64,000 nucleotides of DNA from an uncultured bacterium (GCA_964545455.1 CAZJGU010000004.1:3409-67408), one strand, 5' to 3'. Positions 32,802-42,819 are shown, counted from the first letter of the stretch. The notes: generated from the letters alone by a model not told the origin. Made by a program: numbers and translations.

Positions 32802-33584
32802 ATGGATCTACCTACCCTGTCCGTTGGCCAGTACCAGCTCGTCTACAACGCCCTGTCGTTCGGCATCGCGGCGATGGGCGCCGGCTTCATCTTCTTCTTG
32901 GCGGCGCGCAACCACGTGGGCCCCAAGTACCGCCCGGCGCTGCTCATCTCGGCGGTTGTGGTGGCGATCGCGGCCTACCACTACCTGCGCATGTTCGAGT
33001 CGTGGTCGGCCGCCTTCATCCTTGCCGATGGCGCGTACTCGCCCAGTGGCGAGCCGTTCAACGACGCCTACCGCTACATCGACTGGCTGCTGACCGTGCC
33101 GCTGCTGCTGGTCGAGGCGGTCGCGGTGCTCGCCCTGACCCGTGCCAAGGCCGGCTCGCTGATCGCGCGGCTGTCGATCGCCGCGGTGGCGATGATCGCG
33201 CTGGGCTACCCGGGCGAGATCACCGACAACGGCACCGCCCGCTTCATCTGGGGCTTCCTGAGCAGCGTGCCCTTCGTCTACATCCTGTGGATCCTCTGGG
33301 GCGAGCTGGGCGCGTCGCTCGAGCGTCAGCCGCCCAAGGTCAAGGTTCTCGTCCGGAACCTCCGCCTGCTGCTGCTCGGTACCTGGGGCGTCTACCCGAT
33401 CGCCTACATGGCGCCGTTCTTCGGCTTCGAGGGCGCCTCGGCCGTGGTCGCCATCCAGGTCGGCTACACCGTCGCCGACGTGCTGGCCAAGCCCGCCTTC
33501 GGCCTGCTGATCTACGCCATCGCGCGCGAGAAGACGATCGCCGATGGCCACGACCCGCTCGAAGCGGAGGCCGCCACGGCCTGA
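32802..33584 (+). CDS. Microbial rhodopsin, proteorhodopsin/xanthorhodopsin clade, DTE proton-pump motif
   Basis: ORF 32691-33584 trimmed to ATG 32802 (GAGGAGGA upstream). Helix C is RYIDWLLTVPLLLVE (D, T, E). Helix F is LGTWGVYPIAY. The Schiff-base Lys lies in VADVLAKPAFG. Seven TM helices. Confidence 0.92.
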   Translation: MDLPTLSVGQYQLVYNALSFGIAAMGAGFIFFLAARNHVGPKYRPALLISAVVVAIAAYHYLRMFESWSAAFILADGAYSPSGEPFNDAYRYIDWLLTVPLLLVEAVAVLALTRAKAGSLIARLSIAAVAMIALGYPGEITDNGTARFIWGFLSSVPFVYILWILWGELGASLERQPPKVKVLVRNLRLLLLGTWGVYPIAYMAPFFGFEGASAVVAIQVGYTVADVLAKPAFGLLIYAIAREKTIADGHDPLEAEAATA

Positions 33585-33692
33585 CCGCCGACACCACGAG
33601 CATCGCGTCGCGACGGAGGGTGGGTTCCGTCGCGGCGCGTTCGCGTGGGCGCCTGCCGGACCGACGCGCAGCCGACCGTCGTAGCCTCGCGC

Positions 33693-34220
33693 ATGCACCG
33701 GTTCCTACGGCGCGACGTCGCCGCCATCCTGCCGCCCCCCTCCGCCGGCTACCGCGGCACCCGCGCCTCGCTGGGGGTGCTGGCCGCCCTGGCCGCGCTG
33801 ACGTTCGGCCGCAGCGTCGTCCACGTCCTCGCCCCGGACGGCGGCGCCGGATCGATCGCCGGGATCGACGTCGACGTCGAGGGCGGCGCCAACCTGATCG
33901 CGCTCTTCGGCCAGTGGGGCTGGGAGCAGCTGCTGCTGTCGTTCGTCACGATCGTGATCCTGGCGCGCTACCGCTTCCTGGTGCCGTTCGCACTGCTGCT
34001 GCAGGTGCTCGACTGGGGCGGTCGGATGCTGGTCGGGGAACTCAAGCCGTTGATCGTCGACGCGCCGCCGCCGGGGGCGTACGGGAACTGGATCCTGCTG
34101 CCGGTGTCGCTGGTGGCGCTGTGGTTCTCGTTGCCGCTGCGATCGGAGGTCGGTCCGGGGCGGAGCGACGAAGCGCCCTACGACACGGACGAACGATCGT
34201 CCACTGCGCCTGCCAGGTAG
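33693..34220 (+). CDS. Hypothetical membrane protein downstream of the rhodopsin
   Basis: ORF 33645-34220 trimmed to ATG 33693. Hydrophobic segments LGVLAALAALTF, LLLSFVTIVILA, FLVPFALLLQVL, WILLPVSLVALWF. The 3' end overlaps the convergent gene by 43 nt. Confidence 0.45.
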   Translation: MHRFLRRDVAAILPPPSAGYRGTRASLGVLAALAALTFGRSVVHVLAPDGGAGSIAGIDVDVEGGANLIALFGQWGWEQLLLSFVTIVILARYRFLVPFALLLQVLDWGGRMLVGELKPLIVDAPPPGAYGNWILLPVSLVALWFSLPLRSEVGPGRSDEAPYDTDERSSTAPAR

Positions 34221-35104
34221 AGCCGCACCAGCGCAGCCGAGTCCTCGTCGCCGTAGCCCGCCTGAACCGCCTCGGCGGCCGCGGAGGCCACGTGGGGAGC
34301 CAGCCGGACCGGAACGCCCGCTGCTTCACACATGGCGCGCGCGAGGGCCGCGTCCTTCGCGAGGAGCGCCGTCGAGAAGACGGTCTCCTGCCCTGAGCCC
34401 AGCATCCGGGGCGCCAGGTCGCGGAAGAGTGGGCTGACCGTCGCCGCCTGGCTGCCGGTCACGAGGTCAACGAAGCGCTGCGGATCCACCCCCACGTACG
34501 AACACGCGGCGATGGCCTCGGCCGTGATCACGTTGATCGCGCCGAACATCAGGTTGTTGAGGAGCTTGATGGCGTGGCCCGACCCCAGGGGTCCGACGTG
34601 CTCGATGCGCGAGGCGAGGCGTTGCAGCACGGGGCGGGCCCGGGCGACGGAGCCCGCGTCGCCCCCGAGCGGAATCGTCCACCCGCCCACGCGATCGGGC
34701 CGTCCCAGGATCGGCCCGTCGAGCATCCGAACCGCGGCGTCGCCGACCCTCGTCGCGAGGCCGCGAAGCGATGCTGGATCGGAGGTGCTGGCGTCGACGA
34801 ACACCGCGTCGCTGGCGCGGAACGCGTCGAGGAAAGCGGGATCCTCGACGACGCTGGACGTCTCGACGGGGGACGGCAGGCAGGCGATCACGACGTCGCG
34901 GTGCCGCACCAGCGTCGCCGCGTCCGGCGTGGAGGAGACGCCTGGAACGGCGACCGGACGGACGTCCCAGCCGGCGACGTCGTGGTCCACCGCGAGGTGG
35001 CGCGCGATCGCCGCGCCCATGCGGCCGAGGCCCAGGACGCCGACGCGGGGTCGATCGTCCGGAGCGACCGCCGGTCGCTCGGCTGCGGCCCCGGGCGCGG
35101 TCAC
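34178..35104 (-). CDS. NAD(P)-dependent oxidoreductase, 3-hydroxyisobutyrate/6-phosphogluconate dehydrogenase family
   Basis: ORF 34178-35554 trimmed to GTG 35104 (GTGA overlap). VGVLGLGRMGAAIARHL. GSGHAIKLLNNLMFG. Confidence 0.8.
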   Translation of the reverse strand: MTAPGAAAERPAVAPDDRPRVGVLGLGRMGAAIARHLAVDHDVAGWDVRPVAVPGVSSTPDAATLVRHRDVVIACLPSPVETSSVVEDPAFLDAFRASDAVFVDASTSDPASLRGLATRVGDAAVRMLDGPILGRPDRVGGWTIPLGGDAGSVARARPVLQRLASRIEHVGPLGSGHAIKLLNNLMFGAINVITAEAIAACSYVGVDPQRFVDLVTGSQAATVSPLFRDLAPRMLGSGQETVFSTALLAKDAALARAMCEAAGVPVRLAPHVASAAAEAVQAGYGDEDSAALVRLYLAGAVDDRSSVS

Positions 35105-36516
35105 GCTCGCACCTCCAGGTGCACCGCGGGTTTGGACGCCTCGGGCACCACCAGCGCCCGCGCGGGCGCGTCCAGCAACTGTTCGGCGCGGCGCAGCGCG
35201 TCGTCGAACGTCGGGACGGGCCGGGCGCCCATCCCGCGCGCGTAGCCGGGCGTCGTCGCCCCAACGATCATCACCTCGAGTGCCGTACGCACTGCGACCC
35301 CTCCCATGTACGCCATCGAGAAGCCGTGGAACGGGTGGTAGGCGTAGGCCTCGCGGTATGCGTGGACCCACCCTGGGTTGGTCGCGAACTCGTCCTCGAA
35401 GGCGACCAGGTTCGCGGCCTCGTGCACCTGCTGAAGCGCGTCGTAGGTCGCGCGGTAGGACGGGAACCACGCGTCGTTGAACCAGCCGTCGCAGACGGAC
35501 ACCCCGATCACGACGAAGCGCTCGTCCAGCGCCTTCTTGGCGCGGGTGATCCACGAGCCCAGACCCTGCAGCATCAGGAGGGGATTGCTGCCCATGCCGG
35601 GACCGTAGTGGAAGGTGCGCGGAATGCCGACGACCAGCACGTTGGCGGGCGGTCCGTCCAGGGTCACCTCGGTCCGTTCGGCCGCGCGCGCCCAGGTGGC
35701 GGCCTCGACCTCCGGCGGCGTGCCGGCGACGACGTGCATCTGCTCCGACCGGCCGTTGAGGACGGCATCGACGAGGAAGAACGGACGGCCCATGGCGCCT
35801 TCGATGCGCCGGCCGATCGCGGTCAACTGGTCGCGGAAGCGCGACCGGGTCGAGACCGGGACGAAGTCGCTCCGGTACATCGTCCTGGGGCTGTGGTGCG
35901 CACGGATCGACCGCCAGCCGGTGAAGCCGGTGCAGGGCATCTTGTAGCCGCCGCTGTAGCCACCGTAGGGGTTGCCCATCGTGTGCCCCAGCATGATCGT
36001 CAGGTCCGCGTCGAAGGCGTGGCGGTTGAAGCTCACCGCGTCGCCCAGCTCGCTGTCGGGCAGGGACACCATGCCGGCCGGATCCTCGGCGTCGTGGTTG
36101 ATCAGCTGCGACGGACCGAAGCGCCGCAGGAGGTCGTCGCCCAGGTAGGCCGCGAACTCCTCGCGGGTGTTCTTGCGATGCAGGCCCATGCCGCAGACCA
36201 GCGTCACGTTCTCGTCCTTGACGCCGGCCCGCGCCAGCTCGTCGAGGATCAGGGGGATCGCGACCTTGCGGTGCGCGGTGGCGTGCGCCCCGCCCTTGAC
36301 GCGGTCAGGGAAGCCGATCACGACCCGGTCGGAGGCGTGGGCCAGGCGGTGTAGCGGCTCGCTTCCCAGCGGGTTGCGAAGGGCGCGCCGCGTGGCCTCG
36401 ACCGGGTCGTCGAGGCCTGTGGGCTCCTCGTAGAGCACGCCGGGCGCCACGACGCGCGCATCGTCGGGAACGTCGATCGGAAGGCGGCCGTCACCGTACT
36501 CGAGGTCGATTCTCAT
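35101..36516 (-). CDS. LarA-like (nickel-pincer-dependent lactate racemase family, DUF2088) protein
   Basis: 471 aa. VVIGFPDRVKGG...IPLILDELARAGVKDENVTLVCGMGLHRKNTREE. GYSGGYKMP segment. Confidence 0.8.
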   Translation of the reverse strand: MRIDLEYGDGRLPIDVPDDARVVAPGVLYEEPTGLDDPVEATRRALRNPLGSEPLHRLAHASDRVVIGFPDRVKGGAHATAHRKVAIPLILDELARAGVKDENVTLVCGMGLHRKNTREEFAAYLGDDLLRRFGPSQLINHDAEDPAGMVSLPDSELGDAVSFNRHAFDADLTIMLGHTMGNPYGGYSGGYKMPCTGFTGWRSIRAHHSPRTMYRSDFVPVSTRSRFRDQLTAIGRRIEGAMGRPFFLVDAVLNGRSEQMHVVAGTPPEVEAATWARAAERTEVTLDGPPANVLVVGIPRTFHYGPGMGSNPLLMLQGLGSWITRAKKALDERFVVIGVSVCDGWFNDAWFPSYRATYDALQQVHEAANLVAFEDEFATNPGWVHAYREAYAYHPFHGFSMAYMGGVAVRTALEVMIVGATTPGYARGMGARPVPTFDDALRRAEQLLDAPARALVVPEASKPAVHLEVRA

Positions 36517-36576
36517 GGTCGGATCCTACGGGCTCCACTTCGCCGCGCGCACCCCCGCGGGTCTCGGTGCCGGTTG

Positions 36577-38583
36577 CTAGACGACACGGTCGTTGCCTCC
36601 ATCCACCGGGAGCTGCGCGCCCGTCACGACGCGGAAGTCGTCGGACACGAGGTGCCCGACGATTCGAGCGACGTCCACCGACCGGACCTCGGTTCCGAGC
36701 AGGTTCCGGGTCTTGTAGTCCGCTACGCTGAGGCCATAGCGTTCGGCTCGCTCGGCCACCTTCGCCTCGGTCCACAACGCCGTGTCGAAGACGGCATCGG
36801 GGTGGACGACGTTGACGCGAATCTCATCGCCCGCCAGCTCCAACGCGGCGACCCGTGCCCATTGGGTCAACGCAGCCTTCGCAGCGGAGTAGGCCGACGC
36901 CCCCACCCCCGGGGCGGGAACGTTCTTCGAGCCGATGACCGCGACGGACGGTCCGATGCCGAGACGGAGGAAGGGCACGCATGCGGACACGAGGGACGCG
37001 GCCGCCGTAACGTTGACGTCGAAGCTCGCCTGCCAACTCGCGCGGTCGAAGGCGTCCACGGAGTGACTCGGGGGGAGGATGCCGGCGTTGCAGACGACGA
37101 TGTCGAGTCCTCCGAAGTGTTCCACGCCACGCAGAAGGGCGCGGTGCACGGCTGCAGCGTCGGTGACGTCGCAGACGACCGGAAGGACCTCCGGCGTCGT
37201 CCACGTGTCCTCAACGCTCGGGTCGACATCGAGCGCGATCACGGCAGCCCCCATCGACCGCAACCGGTCCGTGATGGCCTGCCCGATGCCGTGCGCGGCG
37301 CCCGTGACCAGCGCCACCCGTCCAGCCAGGGGGGGCCGCGCGCCGCCCTTTCGAAGCTTCGCTTGCTCGAGCTCCCAGTACTCGACCTTGAAGAGCTGCT
37401 CGTCATCGAGGGGGGTCCATCCACCGGCCGCCTCGGCCTGGATGCTGATGTCCGCCGTGTGCCGTGCGATGTCGCGAACGGCGGCGACCTGCCCGAGGCT
37501 GTCCCCGACGGCGAAATGGCCCACGCCCGGAAGCACGATCCATCGCGGAGCCGGGTCCAGATGCTGGGTACCGGGCTCGGCGTGGCGGTCGACGTACGTC
37601 CGGTACGCTTCCGCGTACGCCGCCAGATCCCGCTCGATGGCAGGACCGTCGCGCGACGTCAGGATCGCGGCGTGGGGCTTCGTTCGGATGACGTGGTCCG
37701 GCGTCGCTGGCCCGCGCGATGCGAGCGCGGCAACGTCGGGCCTCGACGCGAGCGTTCGTGCCGGGCGACTTCGGTCCAAGCCTACGAACATGGCGCGCCC
37801 CGCCAGCTTCGATACGACCTGCCGAACCCACGCGGACGTGGAGGCTTCCGCGCCACCGTCCATGCTGTCGGCGTCCTCGAACCCCTCCCCGTCATGCTGA
37901 AGCGGGAGTCCTGTGCGCTCGACGAGCGCTCGCTCGGCCTGGTCCACGAACGCGATCATCTTGTCGTACGAGGACCGTGCGTCGTCGGCGAACGTGAAGA
38001 TGCCGTGGTTCATGAGGATCATCCCGTCGATCGTGGCCCAGTCGGCTTCTCGCGTAACCTGCGCGACGAGTCTGCAGAGCTCGAACCCGGGCATGACGTA
38101 CGGCACGATGAGCATCCGCGGTCCGAATGTTCGGGCGATCCAGTCGGCGCCACCGGGCGTGTTGGACATCGCGATGATCGCGTCGGCATGCGTATGGTCG
38201 ACGAATCGGTATGGGATGATCGCGTGCAGGATGGCCTCGACCGAGGGGTTCGGAGCCGACGGGTCGAGCAGCGCGATGCGCTGCTGCCGAACCATGTCGG
38301 AGTCGGACAGCTCGTCCAGCGTCGCGAGGTTCAGCAGGGCGTCCATCCGGACCGGTGCGAAGCCGGCGGCTTCGATCGTGGCGAGGTCCCAGCCGCTCCC
38401 CTTGACGTAGAGCACGTCGGTCGGAACGCCGAAGAAGTCCGGCTCCCGGATCTTGACGCTGGTGTTGCCACCCCCGTGCAGGACGAGGGCCGGGTCGCTA
38501 CCGAGCAGGCGCGAGGTGTAGACCCTCTGGCCCAGCGGGTCGTCGTCGGAAGGGGCGAGGCTCGGGTTCCATCGGTTCTTCAT
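36577..38583 (-). CDS. Bifunctional class II aldolase (rhamnulose-1-P aldolase-like) / short-chain dehydrogenase
   Basis: ORF 36577-38694 trimmed to ATG 38583. The N-terminal aldolase/adducin fold shows LVLHGGGNTSVK and HTHADAIIA. The C-terminal SDR shows VALVTGAAHGIGQAI and YSAAKAA. Confidence 0.85.
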   Translation of the reverse strand: MKNRWNPSLAPSDDDPLGQRVYTSRLLGSDPALVLHGGGNTSVKIREPDFFGVPTDVLYVKGSGWDLATIEAAGFAPVRMDALLNLATLDELSDSDMVRQQRIALLDPSAPNPSVEAILHAIIPYRFVDHTHADAIIAMSNTPGGADWIARTFGPRMLIVPYVMPGFELCRLVAQVTREADWATIDGMILMNHGIFTFADDARSSYDKMIAFVDQAERALVERTGLPLQHDGEGFEDADSMDGGAEASTSAWVRQVVSKLAGRAMFVGLDRSRPARTLASRPDVAALASRGPATPDHVIRTKPHAAILTSRDGPAIERDLAAYAEAYRTYVDRHAEPGTQHLDPAPRWIVLPGVGHFAVGDSLGQVAAVRDIARHTADISIQAEAAGGWTPLDDEQLFKVEYWELEQAKLRKGGARPPLAGRVALVTGAAHGIGQAITDRLRSMGAAVIALDVDPSVEDTWTTPEVLPVVCDVTDAAAVHRALLRGVEHFGGLDIVVCNAGILPPSHSVDAFDRASWQASFDVNVTAAASLVSACVPFLRLGIGPSVAVIGSKNVPAPGVGASAYSAAKAALTQWARVAALELAGDEIRVNVVHPDAVFDTALWTEAKVAERAERYGLSVADYKTRNLLGTEVRSVDVARIVGHLVSDDFRVVTGAQLPVDGGNDRVV

Positions 38584-38611
38584 GGGTTCCAATCGAGAGC
38601 GTGGCGCGGGA

Positions 38612-39448
38612 TCAGTCCTTGAGGCCGGAGCTCGACACGGACTGCGTGAAGTAGCGCTGCAGCGGGAGCAGGACGAGGATGGGAATGACGGCAAGCACGA
38701 AGGCGCCCGCGAAGAGCTGACCGAAGTCGAAGTCGTACTGAGCGAGGTACTTCGCGAGAGCGACGGGAGCGACGTGGAGCGACGGGTTCGATGCGATCAG
38801 GAGCGGCCAGAGGTACGCCTGCCACTGCCAGACGAACAGCATGAGCCCTGCGCCGATGAGCGACGACCGTGCCAGGGGCAGGTAGATCCGCCAGAAGACG
38901 TCCCACCAGGTCGCGCCGTCGACTTGGGCGGCGTAGATGAGCTCACGCGGGATGCCGAGGAAGAACTGCCGCATGAGGAAGATCGCGAGCCCGTTGGCGA
39001 CGCCTGGAAGGATGAGCCCAGCGTAGGTGTCGTCGAGGTGCCAGTCTCGGAAGAGGTCGAGAAGCGGGATGGCCACGCCCTCGAACGGGATCAAGAACGA
39101 CACCACCACCACCGCGAAGAGCGCTTCGCGGCCGCGAAACTGGATCGCGCTCAAGGCGAAGGCGGCCATCGCGCACACGAGGAGTCCCAGGACGACGGTC
39201 GTGGACGCCACGAACAGGGAGTTGAACACCGCGCGCGGGTACTCGCCCGAGAAGAGGTTCCTGAAGTTTTCGAGCGTCGGGTCGACCGGGATCAGGACGC
39301 GAGGACGGAGAGGCTTCAGGTAGGCGAAGATCTCGAGTTCGGGACGGAACGCGCTCGCGAGGAGCCACAGGATGGGCAGCAGGAAGGCGACGCCCACGAG
39401 GGCCGCGACGACGGTGAGGAGGGTGCGCTGCAGGATGCTCGGCCTCAT
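38612..39448 (-). CDS. Carbohydrate ABC transporter permease (CUT1)
   Basis: ORF trimmed to ATG 39448 (ATGA overlap). EAA-type loop YAAQVDGATWWDVFWRIYLPLA. Confidence 0.9.
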   Translation of the reverse strand: MRPSILQRTLLTVVAALVGVAFLLPILWLLASAFRPELEIFAYLKPLRPRVLIPVDPTLENFRNLFSGEYPRAVFNSLFVASTTVVLGLLVCAMAAFALSAIQFRGREALFAVVVVSFLIPFEGVAIPLLDLFRDWHLDDTYAGLILPGVANGLAIFLMRQFFLGIPRELIYAAQVDGATWWDVFWRIYLPLARSSLIGAGLMLFVWQWQAYLWPLLIASNPSLHVAPVALAKYLAQYDFDFGQLFAGAFVLAVIPILVLLPLQRYFTQSVSSSGLKD

Positions 39449-40371
39449 GACGCGTCGCTCCTGAGGAGTCGGAACTGGACGGCGACGATCGCGATCATGA
39501 CGGCGATGAGGAGGACCATCTGGGCATAGGCGAGCCCGTAGTCGGCGAAGGTGAAGGCGTTGCGAAAGATCTCGTAGATCAACAGATTGGTCGAGCCTTG
39601 GGGTCCGCCCCGGGTGAGGATCTGGATGGGCGGGAAGAGCAGGAAGTTCGCGACGGTGTCGGCCACCAGAACGAAGGCCAGGGGTCGCCTGAGCAGCGGA
39701 AGCTGTACGTGGAGGAACGACGTCCAGAAGCCGGCACCATCGAGGCGGGCCGCCTCGAGGTAGCTCTTGGGGACGTCCTGAAGACCGGCGACGAGGAAGA
39801 GCATCCAGTACCCGACGCCTGCCCAGGAGGCCAGGATCATGATTGCGATCAGCGCTTGATCGGGCGAGGTCAGCCATGGCTGCGCGGGTATGCCGATGGC
39901 GGCCAGGACCGCGTTGACGATCCCGTCATCGGGCCGGAACCCGACGCCCCAGACGATGGTGGAGACGGCCAAGGGAACGGCTGCGGGCATGAAGATCAGC
40001 ATCCGCCACGTGCCGGCCATGTACGGGCGCTCGTACAAGAGCAGGGCCAGCGCAAGGGCGATGGCCACCTGCAGAGGGTTGATCCACAGGTTGAAGACCA
40101 GCGTCGTCACCAAGGAGTCGACGACCGCGTCGGTTTCGAACATGAAACGGTAGTTGTCGAGCCCGACCCAGGCGTCGCCGTTCCGGAAGCTCTCGACGAA
40201 GGAGTACCCCGCCGGGAGGAGTCGGAAGGCGACAAGGGCAGCGAGGGCCGGCGCGAGGAAGGCGAGCGCGACCCAAGCATCGGGGATGCGACGGCGCGAC
40301 ACGGGGTGCGTATCGGGACGTTCCGCTGCATGCGCCCGAGGTCGACGTTCGGTGCTCGTGGGTGGCTTCAT
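39445..40371 (-). CDS. Carbohydrate ABC transporter permease (CUT1)
   Basis: ORF trimmed to ATG 40371. LEAARLDGAGFWTSFLHVQLPLL. Confidence 0.9.
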   Translation of the reverse strand: MKPPTSTERRPRAHAAERPDTHPVSRRRIPDAWVALAFLAPALAALVAFRLLPAGYSFVESFRNGDAWVGLDNYRFMFETDAVVDSLVTTLVFNLWINPLQVAIALALALLLYERPYMAGTWRMLIFMPAAVPLAVSTIVWGVGFRPDDGIVNAVLAAIGIPAQPWLTSPDQALIAIMILASWAGVGYWMLFLVAGLQDVPKSYLEAARLDGAGFWTSFLHVQLPLLRRPLAFVLVADTVANFLLFPPIQILTRGGPQGSTNLLIYEIFRNAFTFADYGLAYAQMVLLIAVMIAIVAVQFRLLRSDAS

Positions 40372-40435
40372 GATCGGCTTCGCGACGTGGTGGAGGGTGG
40401 GGGACGGCGGTACCCGTCCCCCACGAGCACGAGGC

Positions 40436-41686
40436 CTAGTCGAGTCGCGACCAGACGCGCTCGAGCTGCGCCGAGGCGTCCTCGAGCGTCGAGGCGACGT
40501 CCGCACCGTTGCGGATGTCTTCGATGGCTTGACCGATGATCTCTTCGAACTGGATGTAGCCGCGGGTCTTCGCCCGAACCCGCGCCGTGTTCTGCAGCTC
40601 GTACAGGATCAGATCCTCGACCCCGGGAACGATCTGGTTCTCGGCGTAGTACGTCGTGAAGACGCTGATGTTGGCGGGAGGCAGGGGGAACCCGCGCGCT
40701 GTCTCGAGCGAACCGGCCGGGTCCGTCGTCGCGAAGGTCAAGAAGGCCAGCGCCTCTTCGAAGTGCTCCGTGTTGGGGTTGATGCCCCACGACCACGCTC
40801 CGGTCGGCGTCGCGGGCGTCCCGTCGGCGAAGAAGGGGTGCGGTGCGACGCCGAAGGTGACGTCCGAGCCGCCGAACAGGGGAAGCCACCAGGGGCCGCC
40901 CACCCAGAGGGCCACTTGACCGTTGGCGAACAGGTCCCGGGTTTGGGCCACGGGCACGCCGCGAGGCGCGAGGCCTTCCTCGAAGAGCGATGCGTAGAAC
41001 GTCATCGCTTCGATCCAAGCGGCATTCGTGAAGGCGGGCTCCAGCTCGTCGCTGGGCGATACGCCCGGGCCCCCGCCCAAGGATTCCGCCAGGGGCTGAA
41101 CCTGGTAGATCCGGTTCACCTGGTCCAACATGACGCCGTAGTCGGCGCCGGCGGCCTGCGCTTGTCGGCCCATCTCGACGACCTGCTCCCACGTGAGGCG
41201 GTCGGCGGGATCCATCGAGGGTGCGTCCAGCCCGGCGGCCGCGAGGAGGTCGACGTTGTAGTAGAGGAGCTGGCTGGAGGTGGACACGGGGAGCGCGTAC
41301 AGTCGCCCGTCCACGGTGGACGCGTCGATGCTGCTCGGCCAGAACAGATCGCTCACGTCGCCCACGTGGTCGGTGAGATCGGCCAGGAGGCCCCGCGACA
41401 CGAGCGCGCTGATGCGCGGCTGGTCGGCGGTGTAGATGTCGGGCGTGCCCTCCCCGCCGCCGATGCGGATCTGGATGATGTCGTTCAGGTCGTTGAAGGG
41501 GACCGACTCGTACTCGACGATGATGCCGGGATTCTGCGCCTCGAAGGCGGCGATGACGGGCTCCATCGCGCTCGGCGCTTCGGGGCCCACGAAGGACAGG
41601 ACGACCTGGGCCGAGGCTGCTGGAGCCCACAGGAGCGCGATCGCTGCGAGGGCCTGCGTGAGGAATGACCGTGTACGTGCGTGCAT
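40436..41686 (-). CDS. ABC transporter extracellular solute-binding protein (sugar family)
   Basis: ORF trimmed to ATG 41686. Signal peptide LTQALAAIALLWAPAASAQ. No cognate ATPase gene in the cluster, so a shared MsiK-type ATPase is presumed. Confidence 0.85.
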   Translation of the reverse strand: MHARTRSFLTQALAAIALLWAPAASAQVVLSFVGPEAPSAMEPVIAAFEAQNPGIIVEYESVPFNDLNDIIQIRIGGGEGTPDIYTADQPRISALVSRGLLADLTDHVGDVSDLFWPSSIDASTVDGRLYALPVSTSSQLLYYNVDLLAAAGLDAPSMDPADRLTWEQVVEMGRQAQAAGADYGVMLDQVNRIYQVQPLAESLGGGPGVSPSDELEPAFTNAAWIEAMTFYASLFEEGLAPRGVPVAQTRDLFANGQVALWVGGPWWLPLFGGSDVTFGVAPHPFFADGTPATPTGAWSWGINPNTEHFEEALAFLTFATTDPAGSLETARGFPLPPANISVFTTYYAENQIVPGVEDLILYELQNTARVRAKTRGYIQFEEIIGQAIEDIRNGADVASTLEDASAQLERVWSRLD

Positions 41687-41767
41687 GGGGTGTCTCCGTT
41701 CGGGACGAGAAGGGGGATGCGACATGTCGTGCTCGAGTTAGGCCCAGCCGGGGCGACGCTGGATCCT

Positions 41768-42811
41768 CTACCCCCCTTCCGGCACGTCGTGGCCAAGGCC
41801 GTCGAGGAAGGTGCCGACGCGGTCGATGAACAGGTCGTGGAACGCGGGAGCATCGACCGAGACCGAGACCAGGTGCTCCGCGTCGTGCTCTTCGGCATCG
41901 CGGCGTTCTCGCATGCGGAAGTACGGATCCTCGATCGAGAAGCCCAGCTTGTGCGGCCGCGTCCGCAGCCACGTGCCGCCGAACAGCGACGCCACGGCGA
42001 GCGGATCGTGGAGGCATGCGACGGAGTCCGCGGGGAAGGGCTTTCCGCGGTCCTCCGGGTACTGCGGGATCACGTGGAAGTGCTCGTCGCTCCAGATGCG
42101 CGTCATGCGTGCAAGGCATGCGCCGAACTCGCTTCCCGACGCTTCGAACCGTCCGATCGCGGACTCGTGGAGGGGCGTGCAGAACGTGAGCTCCGCCGTG
42201 ACCCAGCGCATGGCGAAGCCCGCGCCCGCCATCTCGTAGGCCGCCAGCGGGTCCGACTGCGAGTTGTGGTCCATGTGGGCGGGCGAGATGCCGGTCGCGT
42301 CGAAGAACGCGTGCCACGCGGGGAGGTAGCTCTCCGGGTGGGCCATGCCTCCCATGACCGTCAGGCCGTCGACCTTCTTGGGGAACGACGCATCGAGGCG
42401 CACCGCCTCGGCGACGTTGGTGAACGGGCCGACCGCGACCAGGTGGAACGGTGGCGCCGATGCTTCGTCGACCAGCCACTCGGCTGCCGACACGTCGAGG
42501 ATCGGCGCCGCGGGCCCGTCGTAGGGAACGTCCAGGCATCCCTTGCCCTCGTGTCCGAACCAGGTCGGACCGCGTCCCATTCCGAACGGGCGGCCCGCGC
42601 CCTTGACGACCGGGATGTCGGTTCGTCCAGCCATGCCGAGCAGGCGAGCGGCGATCGCGGCTCGGGTATCGACGTCCCCGTCGACGATCGTCACGCCCTT
42701 CAGGTCGAGTTCGGGGCTGGCCAGGATGAAGGCAAGGGCCAGCGCGTCGTCGACGTCGGTCCCGATGTCGGTGTCGAACACGATCGGCATGGGATGCGGG
42801 TCGGTCGGCAT
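41768..42811 (-). CDS. Nucleoside hydrolase (inosine/uridine-preferring family)
   Basis: ORF trimmed to ATG 42811 (AGGAGGAAGC upstream). IVFDTDIGTDVDDALALAFIL. Confidence 0.85.
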   Translation of the reverse strand: MPTDPHPMPIVFDTDIGTDVDDALALAFILASPELDLKGVTIVDGDVDTRAAIAARLLGMAGRTDIPVVKGAGRPFGMGRGPTWFGHEGKGCLDVPYDGPAAPILDVSAAEWLVDEASAPPFHLVAVGPFTNVAEAVRLDASFPKKVDGLTVMGGMAHPESYLPAWHAFFDATGISPAHMDHNSQSDPLAAYEMAGAGFAMRWVTAELTFCTPLHESAIGRFEASGSEFGACLARMTRIWSDEHFHVIPQYPEDRGKPFPADSVACLHDPLAVASLFGGTWLRTRPHKLGFSIEDPYFRMRERRDAEEHDAEHLVSVSVDAPAFHDLFIDRVGTFLDGLGHDVPEGG

Positions 42812-42819
42812 GCTTCCTC

